A stretch of 64,000 bases of DNA from Nemertoderma westbladi (GCA_032718475.1 JAUCBJ010008343.1:12728-76727), one strand, 5' to 3'; positions 23,880 through 38,301 are shown, numbered from the stretch's first letter. Numbers and translations are program-made. The notes: generated by a model from the letters alone, not told the origin.

Positions 23880-26800
23880 CGCGAACTTTGATCCTAGATG
23901 CGAAATTAAATCCTAGACGCTAACTTAGATCCCAGAAGCGAACTTAGATACTAGACGCGAACTTAGATCCTAGACGCGAACCTTAGATCCTAGAAGCGAA
24001 CTTAGATACTAGACGCGAACTTAGATCCTAGAAGCGAACTTAGATACTAGACGCGAACCTTAGATCCTAGATGCGACCTTGGATCCTAGACGCGAACTTA
24101 GATCCTAGAAGCGAACTTAGATACTAGACGCGAACTTAGATCCTAGACGCGAACCTTAGATCCTAGATGCGACCTTGGATCCTAGACGCGAACTTAGATC
24201 CTAGACGCGAACTTAGATACTAGACGCGAACTTAGATGCTAGACGCGAACTTAGATACTAGACGCGAACGTAGATCCTAGAAGCGAACTTAGATACTAGA
24301 CGCGAACTTAGATACTAGACGCGAACTTAGATCCTAGAAGCGAACTTAGATACTAGACGCGAACTTAGATCCTAGACGCGAACTTAGATACTAGACGCGA
24401 ACTTAGATCCTAGACGCGAATTTAGATACTAGACCCGAACTTAGATCCTAGACGCGAACTTAGATACTAGACGCGAACTTAGATCCTAGAAGCGAACTTA
24501 GATACTAGACGCGAACTTAGATCCCAGACGCCAACTTAGATACTAGACGCGAACTTAGATACTAGACGCGAACTTAGATCCTAGACGCGAACCTTAGATC
24601 CTAGAAGCGAACTTAGATACTAGACGCGAACTTAGATCCTAGAAGCGAACTTAGATACTAGAAGCGAACTTAGATCCTAGAAGCGAACTTAGATACTAGA
24701 CGCGAACTTAGATCCTAGACGCCAACTTAGATACTAGACGCGAACTTAGATACTAGACGCGAACTTAGATACTAGACGCGAACTTAGATCCTAGACGCGA
24801 ACCTTAGATCCTAGAAGCGAACTTAGATACTAGACGCGAACTTAGATCCTAGAAGCGAACTTAGATACTAGACGCGAACTTAGATCCTAGACGCCAACTT
24901 AGATACTAGACGCGAACTTAGATACTAGACGCGAACTTAGATCCTAGACGCCAACTTAGATACTAGACGCGAACTTAGATCCTAGACGCCAACTTAGATA
25001 CTAGACGCGAACTTAGATACTAGACGCGAACTTAGATCCTAGACGCGAACCTTAGATCCTAGAAGCGAACTTAGATACTAGACGCGAACTTAGATCCTAG
25101 AAGCGAACTTAGATACTAGACGCGAACTTAGATCCTAGACGCCAACTTAGATACTAGACGCGAACTTAGATACTAGACGCGAACTTAGATCCTAGACGCC
25201 AACTTAGATACTAGACGCGAACTTAGATCCTACACGCCAACTTAGATACTAGACGCGAACTTAGACACTAGACGCGAACTTAGAACCTAGACGCGAACCT
25301 TAGATCCTAGAAGCGAACTTAGATACTAGACGCGAACTTAGATCCTAGACGCCAACTTAGATACTAGACGCGAACTTAGATACTAGACGCGAACTTAGAT
25401 CCTATACGCCAACTTAGATACTAGACGCGAACTTAGATCCTAGAAGCGAACTTAGATACTAGACGCGAACTTAGATCCTAGACGCCAACTTAGATACTAG
25501 ACGCGAACTTAGATACTAGACGCGAACTTAGATCCTATACGCCAACTTAGATACTAGACGCGAACTTAGATCCTAGACGCCAACTTAGATACTAGACGCG
25601 AACTTAGATCCTAGACGCCAACTTAGATACTAGACGCGAACTTAGATACTAGACGCGAACTTAGATCCTAGACGCGAACCTTAGATCCTAGAAGCGAACT
25701 TAGATACTAGACGCGAACTTAGATACTAGACGCGAACTTAGATCCTAGACGCGAACCTTAGATCCTAGAAGCGAACTTAGATACTAGACGCGAACTTAGA
25801 TACTAGACGCGAACTTAGATACTAGACGCGAACTTAGATACTAGACGCGAACTTAGATACTAGACGCGAACTTAGATACTAGACGCGAACCTTAGATCCT
25901 AGAAGCGAACTTAGATACTAGACGCGAACTTAGATCCTAGAAGCGAACTTAGATACTAGACGCGAACTTAGATACTAGACGCGAACTTAGATCCTAGACG
26001 CCAACTTATATACTAGACGCGAACTTAGATCCTAGACGCGAACCTTAGATCCTAGAAGCGAACTTAGATACTAGACGCGAACTTAGATCCTAGAAGCGAA
26101 CTTAGATACTAGACGCGAACTTAGATCCTAGACGCCAACGTAGATACTAGACGCGAACTTAGATACTAGAAGCGAACTTATATCCTAGACGCGAACCTTA
26201 GATCCTAGAAGCGAACTTAGATACTAGACGCGAACTTAGATACTAGACGCGAACTTATATCCTAGACGCGAACCTTAGATCCTAGAAGCGAACTTAGATA
26301 CTAGACGCGAACTTAGATACTAGACGCGAACTTAGATCCTAGACGCGAACCTTAGATCCTAGAAGCGAACTTAGATACTAGACGCGAACTTAGATACTAG
26401 AGGCGAACTTATATCCTAGACGCGAACCTTAGATCCTAGAAGCGAACTTAGATACTAGACGCGAACTTAGATACTAGACGCGAACTTATATCCTAGACGC
26501 GAACCTTAGATCCTAGAAGCGAACTTAGATACTAGACGCGAACTTAGATACTAGACGCGAACTTAGATCCTAGACGCGAACCTTAGATCCTAGAAGCGAA
26601 CTTAGATACTAGACGCGAACTTAGATCCTAGAAGCGAACTTAGATACTAGACGCGAACCTTAGATCCTAGATGCGACCTTGGATCCTAGACGCGAACTTA
26701 GATCCTAGACGCGAACTTAGATACTAGACGCGAACTTAGATACTAGACGCGAACTTAGATCCTAGACGCGAACTTAGATCCTAGACGCGAACCTTAGATC

Positions 26801-26900
26801 CTAGAAGCGAACTTAGATACTAAACGCGAACTTAGATACTAGACGCGAACTTAGATACTAGACACGACCTTAGATCCTAGACGCGACCTTGGATCATACT
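23880..26900. repeat. 19/20-bp satellite, ~3 kb, at the duplication junction
   Basis: Unit tagacgcgaacttagat(a/c)c with recurring variants (gaagcg, gccaac, gaacct) in higher-order patterns. Confidence 0.97.
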
Positions 26901-27184
26901 GTAGAAGCGAATTTATATTCTATTGAATTAAGGCAAATTAGATACTGGTGTCAACTTAGAACCAAACATAATGTATATTATAGAAAAGTAGGGCTGCGAG
27001 CTTAGCAGGTTAAATCATGAAACAGGTTGGATTGGATGTAAGCAATCAAGCGTTCAAACGCTATTATACTGTACGAGGACATTTGGTCAAATTCGCGCTT
27101 GTTTAATCCCCGGCATAACGGCCGAATAAATCTTTTAATTTAATACTATTTTAGATGTAGGATTTTGGATTAAATTTAGCATTT

Positions 27185-28346
27185 TGGATGTAGGACAATT
27201 TGGTCCCGGACAATTCGGTCCCGGACAATTCGGCCCGGACAATTCGGTCCCGGATAATTCGGTCCCAAAACACTAAATAAATGGTACCGAATTGTCCGGG
27301 ACCGAATTGTCCTAGGACCGAATTGTCCTAGGACCGAATTGTCCGGGACCGAATTGTCCGGAACCGAATTGTCCGGGACCGAATAGTCCGGGACCGAATT
27401 GTCCGGGACCGAATTGTCCGGTTCCTGATAGCAGCTTTTTAGTGCTTAATTTTGATATTGGTGAATATTCTAGAACATTAGTTAGAGATATTTTTTTTAT
27501 GGTACAGTTTTTTTTTATTGTACAGTAGCTAGTGTTATTTACTAGCTAGAGTTTTTTGAAATTTTAAAAATACTATACTTTTTTTTATTTTTGTTATTGG
27601 TAAGTGTTGGAGAACATTATTATATATTATTTATTAAGGTGTAGCTAGTGTTTTTTTTACTAGCTAGCATTTCCTTGAAATTATAAAAAAACTTGTGAAA
27701 ACATTGATATTTCAGAATTAGGCCTAAACTGTTGCTGATTATATTAATTACCAAAAATATTGATGATATTAAAACAGATCCAGCTATTATCTAAGATAAT
27801 AACCAACCAAGAACACATACAGTATAGGCCTACGTACGCAATATATAAAAAAAATCAGTTTTACACATTTTAATTACATACTATTACTAGGTAGTAAATA
27901 ATTCACAAGCTCCATAAAAACACCATATTAAGCTACCATAACTAATAATGTTAACAAAAAAAGTAAAATTTCTTATTTTCAAAAAAATACTAGCTAGTAA
28001 AAAAAACACTAGCTACCATATAATAATATCTTTTAAGGCTCTAGAACATTCACCATTTATATAGTACAGTAGGCCTAGTACCAATTAAATTTGGTCCCGG
28101 ACAATTCGATCCCGGACAATTCGGTCCCGGACAATTCGGTCCCGGACAATTCGGTCCCGGACAATTCGGTCCCGGACAATTCGGTCCCATTAATATGCAT
28201 GTTTTGTGACCGAATTGTCCTAGTCAGTATCCGGACAATTCGGTCCCAAAACACAAAATTAATGGGACCGAATTGTCCGGTACCGAATTGTCCGGGACCG
28301 AATTGTCCGGACCGAATTGTCCGGGACCGAATTGTCCTGCTTCCAT
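27185..28346. mobile_element. Foldback/MITE-like element with arrays of a 15-bp subterminal repeat
   Basis: ggacaattcggtccc and its reverse complement arrayed at 27190-27425 and 28090-28340; termini ggatgtaggacaatt / aattgtcctgcttcc. Confidence 0.75.
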
Positions 28347-31110
28347 TTTAGATATATAAGGGAAAACAAATAATCATCATAATCACAACATAATAATAAT
28401 GATTTATATATACAGTATAATAATATTCAACAACATGCACAATGTTCAAATGTTGGCATTAGTTACTACAATGATAGATACAGTAACTGAAATAGGATAC
28501 TGAAAGTAAACTGAGCAATCGTATCAACTATAGGCTAAAAAGTGACATAATTATAATGCACAAATATATAGTACCATACTCAGCGTCACAATTCTAATTT
28601 TACAAACCTTTAACCAGTTGTTAAACATTACGTATTTCATTACAAAATTCGTATAAATATTAATTACTAATGTGAAACAATTACAAATAGAGGAAATGAA
28701 GGGAAGGGGGGGGGGGGGGGGGGGGGGGGGATATGTCTAAGCAGTTACCTCCAAAGCATTTTTGCGTAATTTCAGAGCTTTATAAATGAATAGGGATAGA
28801 TTTGTTATTACATTCGGCGAAGGCGATGACATAATCTTCTTACATTTAAAGAGGGAAAGAAAACGTGAATTGTAGGGAGCTATGAAAATGTTGCGAATAG
28901 TTTGATAGGCTGGACAAACCAGCAAAAATGAAACTCATCTTCCACCACATTTATTGAACACATCTGACAAAACGTTCATTGCGATGGTACATGGTACCAC
29001 CTACCATAGTCTCTACGCGCAGGTATGTTGGCTTGTCTTTTAGATGAAAAAGGTAATACTCAGGATCGAAAGAGACTTTAACATACAACTCGCCCTTCGG
29101 CGATGCATCGTTTGAGTGATAATAAATTATTATCATTCAAACATATGCGCGGGTTGTATTCCTAAGTATAGGAAAGAAGAATGCAACATTCGACCAATTT
29201 GGAATTCTCCCGAGTCTACCTTTTATTGAAATTTAAATTACTAGTAATGCTTGTACAGTATAAGAATCTTTTTAGAAAATCTCCATATGTCAACCATCTT
29301 CAGGTTCACTTTAACTATTTTATTTCATGGAAATAAAAGAGCACATGGATATCATACATATGTACTTATTGTATTGTACTACAACAGTATCGTACACGTA
29401 CCGGTACAGCAAGCAGTACACGTACCGGTACAGCAAGCAGTACACGTACCGGTACAGCAAGCAGTACACGTACCGGTACTGTATATATCAATAACAGTTT
29501 TTTTCTAAATAAATACCCTACTTTGGTTCTTCTTAATGAGATTAAAATTTTGCAAATTGCAACAAACATTATCCCACAACCAGTTTATGTACGTCATATG
29601 CATTAAATAAACAATGAAACGTAGTAATATATAAATAAAGTTATAAATCCAAAAATACTGTAAACTCCCCCGCAGAGGCGTATCGAGTGGTTTTGGAGTA
29701 AATTTTGGTGCAAGCAAGCACAGATTTTTGCCCCCACCACCACCCCCCTCATAAAAAAACACTAAAAATGTCATTATTCAAAGACACATATTTTTAAGGG
29801 CACAATAATTGTTCTTAACAAATACAAATGTAGTAATATTATAAGGTAGTAAATAGTAATATTACTAGAAATACTAGTGGACTCTTAATTTTATACTAAC
29901 TTTAGTATGTAATATAATGAACCATATACATTTTAAAGATTTATTTTTCTGGCTTTTATTGCTGCAAAATTGTATCAGTTTATCAGTATCAGTATGAGTG
30001 TCAGTATCAGTATCAGTATGAAGTAATGTCAGAATATGTCAGAATGTACGTATCGACACTTGATACAGCCGTCGGCCGTACATCAGTACATGCCTACCCT
30101 GCAAACCAGAAGTATCCGAGGATTAATTTTGTATTGGAATTTTAATGCAGCTAAAAAGCTGTGCAATGCTGCAATGACTGCAATGAGACAAGTTTTTTGA
30201 TAAAAATACAAAATTTAACATTAAAAAACATGTAGTGAAATAATTATACATTGGAACAGCAATGCTGATTACTTAACACTTTTAATCACTATATACAGTA
30301 TTTCAAATGCTATTCGAATATAAGTACATTCCCAACTATTAATATTATAATGTATTTCCAATGTTATCGAAATACATGAAGCCGACTATTTACATTGACG
30401 AATTGCCGTTAGTCAACTCAACAGCGAGTTTTTATTTAGCACTTTACAACTTTAGAGGACATTACAGTATTGTATTGGCCTGTACATTTGTATTGTATAT
30501 GGTTATGTAATGTCCGGACCGCGAGCTGTAAAGTTACGCTGTCATGGTTACCACGTAAACAATAGGTGCAGGTGGTATTTAATATTAATTGCCTGACAGC
30601 CAGATAGGCCTACTGCAATACCTTCCGGTAGGCGGGGTATAACTATTAATAACCAGTAGCTATAAACTATTAACATGGCTTCAAACTCCTCCATAAATAT
30701 AAGCTAACTTATTTATAACATAATTTTTGTCATTTTGACTTTATTTATACAGGAACTAATTTATAATTTGTGCAGTTTCTATCACTTATAATATATATGT
30801 ATGCATTTCTTAATATATATGTAATATAATATATATAATACAGCAGCAATGCAGCATGCCGATCCTAGTAGTAGTAGTAGTAGTAGAACACTTTTACAAC
30901 TATAAGAGTCAAATTACAGTTTAGTTGAGTTCAGTGGTGAAGTATTTCATGATTCTGGTACTGTACTTACAGGGTACTTTTAACATTGTTTTCATAAAGT
31001 TTATATATATATAATGCAAACACACATTCATTAAAAATAAAAAAAAAAAAAAAGTTTTTGTGATGATGGATGGATATACAGTACTTTTCCAATTCAATGC
31101 AATTTCCCTT

Positions 31111-32262
31111 TCAGCCTGATCCATCACCTATATCAACCTGTTTCTTTTTTACTTTGCAAAGATGTCTAATGACTCTTCCAAGAATATTTTCTCTATATAT
31201 AAGAATCCACAGCAGCTCAATGAACTCGAATACCGTTAGCAGACTCATACCAATCCACAGACCCAACGCACCTCCGATATTACTCAACAGATCTTGCCAT
31301 TGGTATTTGGGTGACTCTATGATGGTAGTGACATCCATTGTCTGAAATCCAATCTCTAACTTGGCTATATTTTCTCTGAACTGACTCAAAAACGAGCCAC
31401 TGAAGGCGTCATCGTCAACTTTTGTGTGTAACGCTTGGATACACTCTTGGTCAGCTGCACAAGCCTTATCTATGACACCCATGAGGAATTTTGTGAAACC
31501 TTTTGCATTTTCTTTCTTCAATAAATGTATATTTATATGACCAAGATACTCTTTGGATGGCCACAAAGATTGACTGGAATAGGTTGTAAACTCGGTGTGG
31601 TTACATGCTTGTGGACAAACACAAAATGCACCGTTTTCATTGCTAGTGTGGTATTTGTCGCGAACTTCTTTAGGGCACTTTGTTTCCTTCTTAGAAACAT
31701 CTGTTTCTGCAAAGCTGCACACTTTAGCATCTAGAAAGTAGTCATCAACACATCCACATTCCTTTAACATAACTTTCTGCAGGCAAAACTGTTCACACAA
31801 GTGGTCATCGTAATCATATTTAACACTTTCAAAATCGGTGTACTGATTTAGCAACCCTGCAAACTCTATATTCTGGGCACATTTTGTGTAAGGTTCTCCA
31901 GCAAGTATTCGAATGGTTTTTTTTATATTTATGTGAGTTCGTCTTCCTGGTACGATTGTTATACCATTTAAGAGAGGATGTGGTTCTAGTGAAGGAGGAT
32001 GTATAGTCACGCGGATACCAGTAGATCGAGACATCAACCCTATGTATTCATCGGTTTCTACATTTAATGTCAATTTAAGAAGTTGTTCAGGATACTGCAC
32101 ATAATGACGGTTATCTGATGTTGTAGTGCCAGGATTTTCGTAGTTGAATGTGAAACAGTTCCCGTAGTGTTTATTCTGAAATTTTAGAAACTCTTTACAA
32201 GGCTTACCAGCAAAACTGCAGTCCAACACCATGTCACTAAATTGGTGCCCCAATCTTGAAAC
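31111..32262 (-). CDS. DEG/ENaC channel copy B, exon 2 (intact, 383 aa)
   Basis: Acceptor tttcatag|GTT; continuous ORF through palm, thumb and TM2 (LLSNIGGALGLWIGMSLLTVFEFIE) to the stop codon. Confidence 0.95.
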   Translation of the reverse strand, partial: VSRLGHQFSDMVLDCSFAGKPCKEFLKFQNKHYGNCFTFNYENPGTTTSDNRHYVQYPEQLLKLTLNVETDEYIGLMSRSTGIRVTIHPPSLEPHPLLNGITIVPGRRTHINIKKTIRILAGEPYTKCAQNIEFAGLLNQYTDFESVKYDYDDHLCEQFCLQKVMLKECGCVDDYFLDAKVCSFAETDVSKKETKCPKEVRDKYHTSNENGAFCVCPQACNHTEFTTYSSQSLWPSKEYLGHINIHLLKKENAKGFTKFLMGVIDKACAADQECIQALHTKVDDDAFSGSFLSQFRENIAKLEIGFQTMDVTTIIESPKYQWQDLLSNIGGALGLWIGMSLLTVFEFIELLWILIYRENILGRVIRHLCKVKKKQVDIGDGSG

Positions 32263-34034
32263 CTATGAAACATAAATTTAAATGTAGTTTATTAATTTTC
32301 AAGTAAAATTTAGATAGATACAAACAGTTTTACATAAATATGTTGACTTGTCTCTGGCATCAATTTTTACTGAGTAAGTCGATAATAAGTCAAAACACTA
32401 AATACTTGAGTAGCCACACTTGTAAATATTGGCGATCGAGTGAGAGAATAGCGTGATGTATAAGTGAGTGAAGGAAGGTTGTGTCCAATTTGGAAGGAAA
32501 ATAAGGGCGCCTTTAACAGCTTTGGATTAGTACAGAGATAAGTAATGTGTTGTTAACTGTAGATTAGATTAACCAGATGTTGGTGTTATTGTTTTATTTA
32601 TTGATGAGATGGTATTTGGTATTTGGTAGTTTCATTCCCTGAGTTTAGGTTTCTACATCAAATATTATGTAACCCCTAATGGTGTATTGGTTGTATTATT
32701 TAGTACGTTGTCCTCAACATACTGTAGTTGAGATTACTTTATTGGTATCATTGGTGAGGTACGTTATCATCAACTGAATTGGTGTGACTAGTTATTGGAG
32801 ATCAATATACAATGCAAACTACAAAACCATTCGGTCTTGGGACGTTAGTGCCCGCGAGACATTAGTGCCCGCGAGACATTAGTGCCAGCGGGCACTAATG
32901 TCTCAGTACCCTTAGTGCCCGCGGGCACTAATGTCTCAGTACCTTTAGTGCCAGCGGGCACTAATGTCTCAGTACCCTTAGTGCCCGCGGTCACTAATGT
33001 CCCATAGGACATTTGTGCCCACAAGACGTTAGTGCCCGCGAGACATTAGTGCTCGCGAGACATTAGTGCCCGCGAGACATTAGTGCCCATCTAGCGACTT
33101 AGTTAGTTTATGTAATAAATACAACAGGCCAGGGAGACATGATCCGCTTTTTTAGTTCCTGCTGATGCAAACGAGTCGTTACTTTCTTCAAACTTCAAAG
33201 GTAATTTCCAGTCTTTAGTTCCCGCATCTCGTTATTTAACATTTTAATTTCAACTTGGATCTTTTAAGATTAATTAAAACATTTATTAACCTCAGCTAGA
33301 CATGATAGATTTGTATTATGTGGTTTGGCGGTAAAGTGTTCAAGGAATGACGATTAAACAACAGCGTTTCTCATTTCACACACTCATTTCATTGAGTTAT
33401 ATACTTAATTTGTTTAACTTTACTGGAGACAGTGTGTAATAAAAAAAAACAAGGTGCAGTACTATACAGTATAATCGTCCGAGGACGCCCTAACTTATAT
33501 ATTTTAGTAATGAATGAGTGATTTCAAGAAAAATATTCAGTCGACTGTCTGACATTTTGTCGACGAATTAAAAGTAGAGTAGAACTTTTAGTTTATTAAA
33601 TTAGGGAATTAATTAAATTAGTGTATGTTAATGAAGGAGGAATTCTTTATCTGAAATTTGATAGAGCAGGTCCTGCTAGCTGGTTTGTGGGCTGGAAAAC
33701 AGCTTAGTATCATTCTTTAGGTTATACTGTACATATATTCTTAACTTCATTGTTTGTATAAATGTACATTTGGTTGTAGGGAAGAGATAGGAAGATGATA
33801 TACGTGTTACTTTCAGTTCAACGTGAGCGATATTAGGCGCGATTATTCCAATAAGAGACGCAATAAAACGCACCCCTCTTTGTTTACCGAAGTTTGGAGC
33901 GGAATATCTGGGACTTGCGGATATATTAGCGCATTACCTACCACGCTAGGTTGGGTTTGATAGACGCATTGTGCACCAACTAAATCTGACTCATAACATG
34001 TGAGTGGTACTCACTTCTAGATTTGCCGGATTAG

Positions 34035-34622
34035 ATTTTCCTGTCAGGTGAGGACCTTCGAATACGTAAGGGAAAGGCATGGGCAGCCTTGAATAGGCTT
34101 TCCAGGATTTGGAAGTCACCGAGAATTAATCGGAAACTTAAGGTCCGATTATTTAGAGCTGTGGTAGTTCCAGTACTCCTCTATGGGAGTCCATGCTGGG
34201 CTCTAACTGCTGAGGACACCAAATCTCTGGATGGCACATTCACAAGAATGCTACGTCGGGTTCATTGTGTCAATTACAATGAACACATCTCTAACCAGAC
34301 ACTATATAACATTGGAAGTGTCTCATTGGTTCCCCCAAGCTTGACACTAGAACAAAATCGCATCCGCTTTGCAGGACATTGCTTTTGCCGTGAGGACCAG
34401 CCAGTGCATAATCTTGTACTTTGGCAGCCTCATGGAGTGAATAAGCATGGTGGACAGCCCATGACTTTCTTGCGACGCATATTAAAGGACACTGGCCTTG
34501 AAGATGCGGATGATCTAGCAAATGTCATGGGTGATAGGGAGTTGTGGCGGCACAATTTTCTCGACAAGCCGGCACAGCATTCTTAAAAATGCAGCTGCAA
34601 TGCAGCATGCCGATCCTAGTAG
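34035..34622 (+). mobile_element. 5'-truncated RTE LINE insertion, copy B intron only
   Basis: 11-bp TSD tgccggattag at 34024-34034 and 34623-34633, single in copy A; ORF 34089-34586 is an RTE ORF2 C-terminus; tagtag tail. Confidence 0.93.
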
Positions 34623-35227
34623 TGCCGGATTAGGATTCATTTGGGATTTAATTTCTTTCACTTTAATTTATTTTAGTACATAGTTTAAGGGACTGAAAAT
34701 AAATCTGTCATTACTATTTGCGGACAAAACATTAGCTAGGATATTTAACATCTAATTTGCTTATTAAAGATCGCCCTTGTGCACACCTCGAACTATGGAT
34801 TGTCTGTCATTAGTGAGAGTAACAAATAAATTATTTCCTTCCAGAAGAGTGAGAGAGTAGTCTAGGGGTGGGCTACAGCTACACGTTGGTCGTATTAGCA
34901 ATAGCTGTCTGTCTGTGGACAGGAAGATTATTAGTTCTTCCGCTGTTCGCGGGTGGATTAGCAGTGATTAGTGGATCTTAGTGGGAAGACACCGGCGGTT
35001 GAGACCGCATTGCATTTAGAACGGCTTGAGGTATTCGACCCTCGACCTCTGGTTCGAAACATCTAGCAAAGAAATCATTGACCCTCGAGAACCAAAATAA
35101 GAACATTTGTGGATTCGGTTTCTATTTAACAGGGACTGCTTGCTGTATGGGTAGATTATTTGATAATATCGGCCTAATAGATTTTGGTGTATTTTATATG
35201 AATCTGGTACACATCGTACAGTAGATC

Positions 35228-35548
35228 AGTAGTAGGGGTTTGCACGGCTCTGCGACACTTGGACCTCACTGACACCCATTGGGTGTCATATGACACCCAA
35301 TTATCACCCTATGGGTGTCATTGGGTGTCATTGGCGCCAGACTGTCTGGGTGACACCTCCTAATTAGGCTGATTAGATCCTAATTGACAGGTGTCATCAA
35401 TTAATTAGTACAATTAAACCCTAACAGGTGTCATATGACGCCTAATTAGGGTTTAATGATTATCCTAATTAATCAGACTGATTAGCGCCCTGATACACAA
35501 TGGGTCATCAGTGAGGTCCAAGTGTCGCAGAGCCGTGCAAACCCCTAC
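35228..35548. mobile_element. MITE with ~45-bp TIRs; its right terminus is split by the BEL insertion (last bases at 51532-51540)
   Basis: agtagtaggggtttgcacggctctgcgacacttggacctcactga and its reverse complement; TSD tagatc at 35222-35227 and 51541-51546; absent from copy A. Confidence 0.88.
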
Positions 35549-36701
35549 TGTTTGCGCTTTTAAGACCTTTGACAGTTTAACCTGCCAAATTAGGATGTCT
35601 TTTAGATGATATATATTCTTTAGCTTATGACGAGTATTTGATACACTACATTAGCCGAAGCCAGTCTATGCGCAATCATTCACCCGTTGGATATACCCGG
35701 GAGACTGAGTTCGGAGCTTAATGATTGATGGTGTAAGCCTACCGTATTATTCGACTGATCGTAATATATAATCTCTGACAAATATTATTCACTTTCGGGA
35801 AATATTAACAGTTCCTTTAGGACGTGGCGCTCTAAATATGTAAACAGAGTTATGACTTAAACTAGACACAACGAAAAGGCTATAGATTTACGTATATGGC
35901 ACATTCTTTAGGAGATGCTTTGTTATCAGTTACAATCATACACAATGCTGCACAATGCTGCACACTAATCTGCCGACCTTCACTAAATTTGGTCACGTAT
36001 AAAGAGAGCAACATACAATTTATGTCGGGCATATGAAATAGCATGAGATTCACTCATTCGCAATCATTTATCTGTAACCGGTCTCTCTAACCTTTAGTAT
36101 ATCAAGAAGGTGGGGTGTCTGACTATTGATCAGTATTCCAATATAATATTTCATCAACCAATATAATGAATAACCGACAGTAAAAGCAGCAAAGTTAAGG
36201 TATGAATGATTATTAAGTGAGTTAACTGAGTTTTGGTATGATTTGGTTTGTTTGATAACAGATATACGTTCTATAATTAAGCCTACTAATGTAAAGCTAA
36301 AGAATGCTGATATACGGAAGTGCCAAAAGCCGGTGTTCTTAGGCTCTGGGCAAAAACATAACACTGAATTACTGAGTTTCTGTATCCAACTCCAACACAG
36401 AGACAAAAAACGCTCTGATTGGTCAACCGAACAACGAGAGAACAAAGAAACAAAGAAATGTCGACGTGGCAATATCAGCTGTTAGCCGTCGTCATGGTAG
36501 CGACACTGTTTTCAAGAGTATCTACCTTATCGCGTCACGAGATTGCGGATTATGTCCTCTAAAGTACAAATACAGAAGAAATGACTTTTATGTCCTCTAA
36601 AACACCAGTACAGCAAGGACACGGCCTTTTTATGCCTGGTAAACCAACCACAGAGTACTTTACGGGGAAAATAACCGGCTAATTACGCAAAAGCTTTTAC
36701 A
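35549..36701 (-). repeat. 3' LTR (1153 bp)
   Basis: Matches 50363-51531 with about 7 substitutions and 2 indels by eye; preceded on the sense strand by PPT-like tgggagcgg (36702-36710). Confidence 0.97.
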
Positions 36702-37171
36702 CCGCTCCCAGAAATTGGGATTTAAGTCTATAAAATATAACAAATCACAGTTTCTAAAATATAAAGATACTCTAAACAGTTAGTCTTTCTTACGCAGACG
36801 GCGTTTACGCAGTTTTTTGAGGCTAGCAAGAGTCCTTTTCTCTTTGGGGCGAGCCACTTTACTAGGAGGGCTATAAATCCTGGGTGAAGGGTGCAATATG
36901 ATTGCATCAGAAGGTGTAGGATTATGGTCGGGGTATCCGCCGTTTCGATATGCTTCTCCTCGAGCTGATTTTCCTCCGCTCGTAGCTGGATACGTTCATC
37001 CAAAACTCTCGCAGAGAATGGAGTTGTCTAAGTTCGATATCTTCTTAGAGATTCTGGATTTCACAATCGAACTGAGATAAAGACAATTCGTTTATCGCTT
37101 GGACTTGCTGTTACAACTTACGTTTATCTGAACAAACGCAGGTTTCCTTTCTGATCTTTGTAGAATAGCGT

Positions 37172-38301
37172 TTAACTCGTTTGGTACAACGTTCTCCGCC
37201 ACTTTGGTGACAGGTTATATCGTGTTAAGCCGGGACGATGGTAAGGGTTAAACGGCGATATTAAATGTCCGCGTCCCAATCCGGCTAGGGAGAATGGGCT
37301 AATATCTAGGAAGCCCACAACTGGGGTGCCACCGACTAATTGTTCAGGTAACACTAGATCTTTGAGCAGTGAGTACAGCTCGGGAGGATCCGTCATACTA
37401 ATAGGATCAAGAGTCTGAAGTCTCACTAGGGAATGAGGAGTTCTGATCGAGTATTCCGAAACTCTGATCATTGGTTTATTTAAGGATCGTCTGAGTCGAA
37501 CGATCGTAGGTGATACATCGAACAAGTTTCGCTCGAAACTCCCGTAAGTATAGCGAGTAAAACCGTGTTTAAAGCAATGTCTCCGCGGATGTTTATGTCT
37601 TTCCGTTTGTTGGTTGGGTCTTGGGCATTCATCGCAATAATACCAAAAACGCACGTCTTGTAGGGGAAACGCGAGTGATCTTTCTCCAGCTTACGACATT
37701 CCTTCATCCGTTCGAAGCTATCCGGTACAACAGGTAGCGATCGATCGGCGGTAAGATACATCATAGTGGAATAGAGCCGTTTGAGTTCTACCATGCGGTC
37801 ATGATGTATACCTTGAGGATATCGAGTTTCTAGATTCTGTTGACTGGTAATATCGAGATAGGTTTCTCTCAAGAATTCCAGGTATTTGGTGGAGTCGCTG
37901 CGTTTATCCGGCTCTTCGACATCTGCACTTTCGAGTCGGTTTCGAATAGAATTTTCGTGTTCGAGTCTCAGTTTATCGTTCCGCTTCCGCTGGGTTTGAT
38001 ATTTAAATAAAACCATTTCCCTTTTGGTATCTATATCGTTCGTATCGTGTAGGTCGATAGGATGACCAGTAGTTAAGAAGTCCACATACGTACCATTACG
38101 ATGCGTATAGCGAGCGGTGAAATTTCTATAGTCCAACTCACGCGTGAGCTGCTCTTGGGACATTGGCGGTTCGATATAACGACCATCGTCCTCCGCAGCA
38201 GTTGGACCAGCGTCGCCGCGTATCAAGATATCGACAAACGCTTGTAAAGGTAGAGTATATCGCTCCCTGATACCAAGATCATCTTCTATCAACTCAATCA
38301 T
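37172..38301 (-). CDS. Accessory ORF(s) of the BEL element, unknown function (273 aa + 160 aa, overlapping in the -1 frame)
   Basis: ORFs 37480-38301 and 37172-37654 lie between pol and the 3' LTR in sense orientation; hydrophilic; CDEC...HKHPRRHC motif; no obvious signal peptide or TM segment. Confidence 0.55.

Noticed and set aside
23880-26900. Possible CRISPR-like array
   Set aside because: Head-to-tail units without unique spacers, no cas genes, eukaryotic context.
28091-28351. PDNSV / GPNCP repeat ORF
   Set aside because: Translation of the 15-bp subterminal repeats of the foldback element.
36068-36485. 134-aa and 80-aa ORFs repeated at 50898-51315
   Set aside because: They lie inside the LTRs; their identity reflects LTR youth, and they have non-ATG starts and no motifs.
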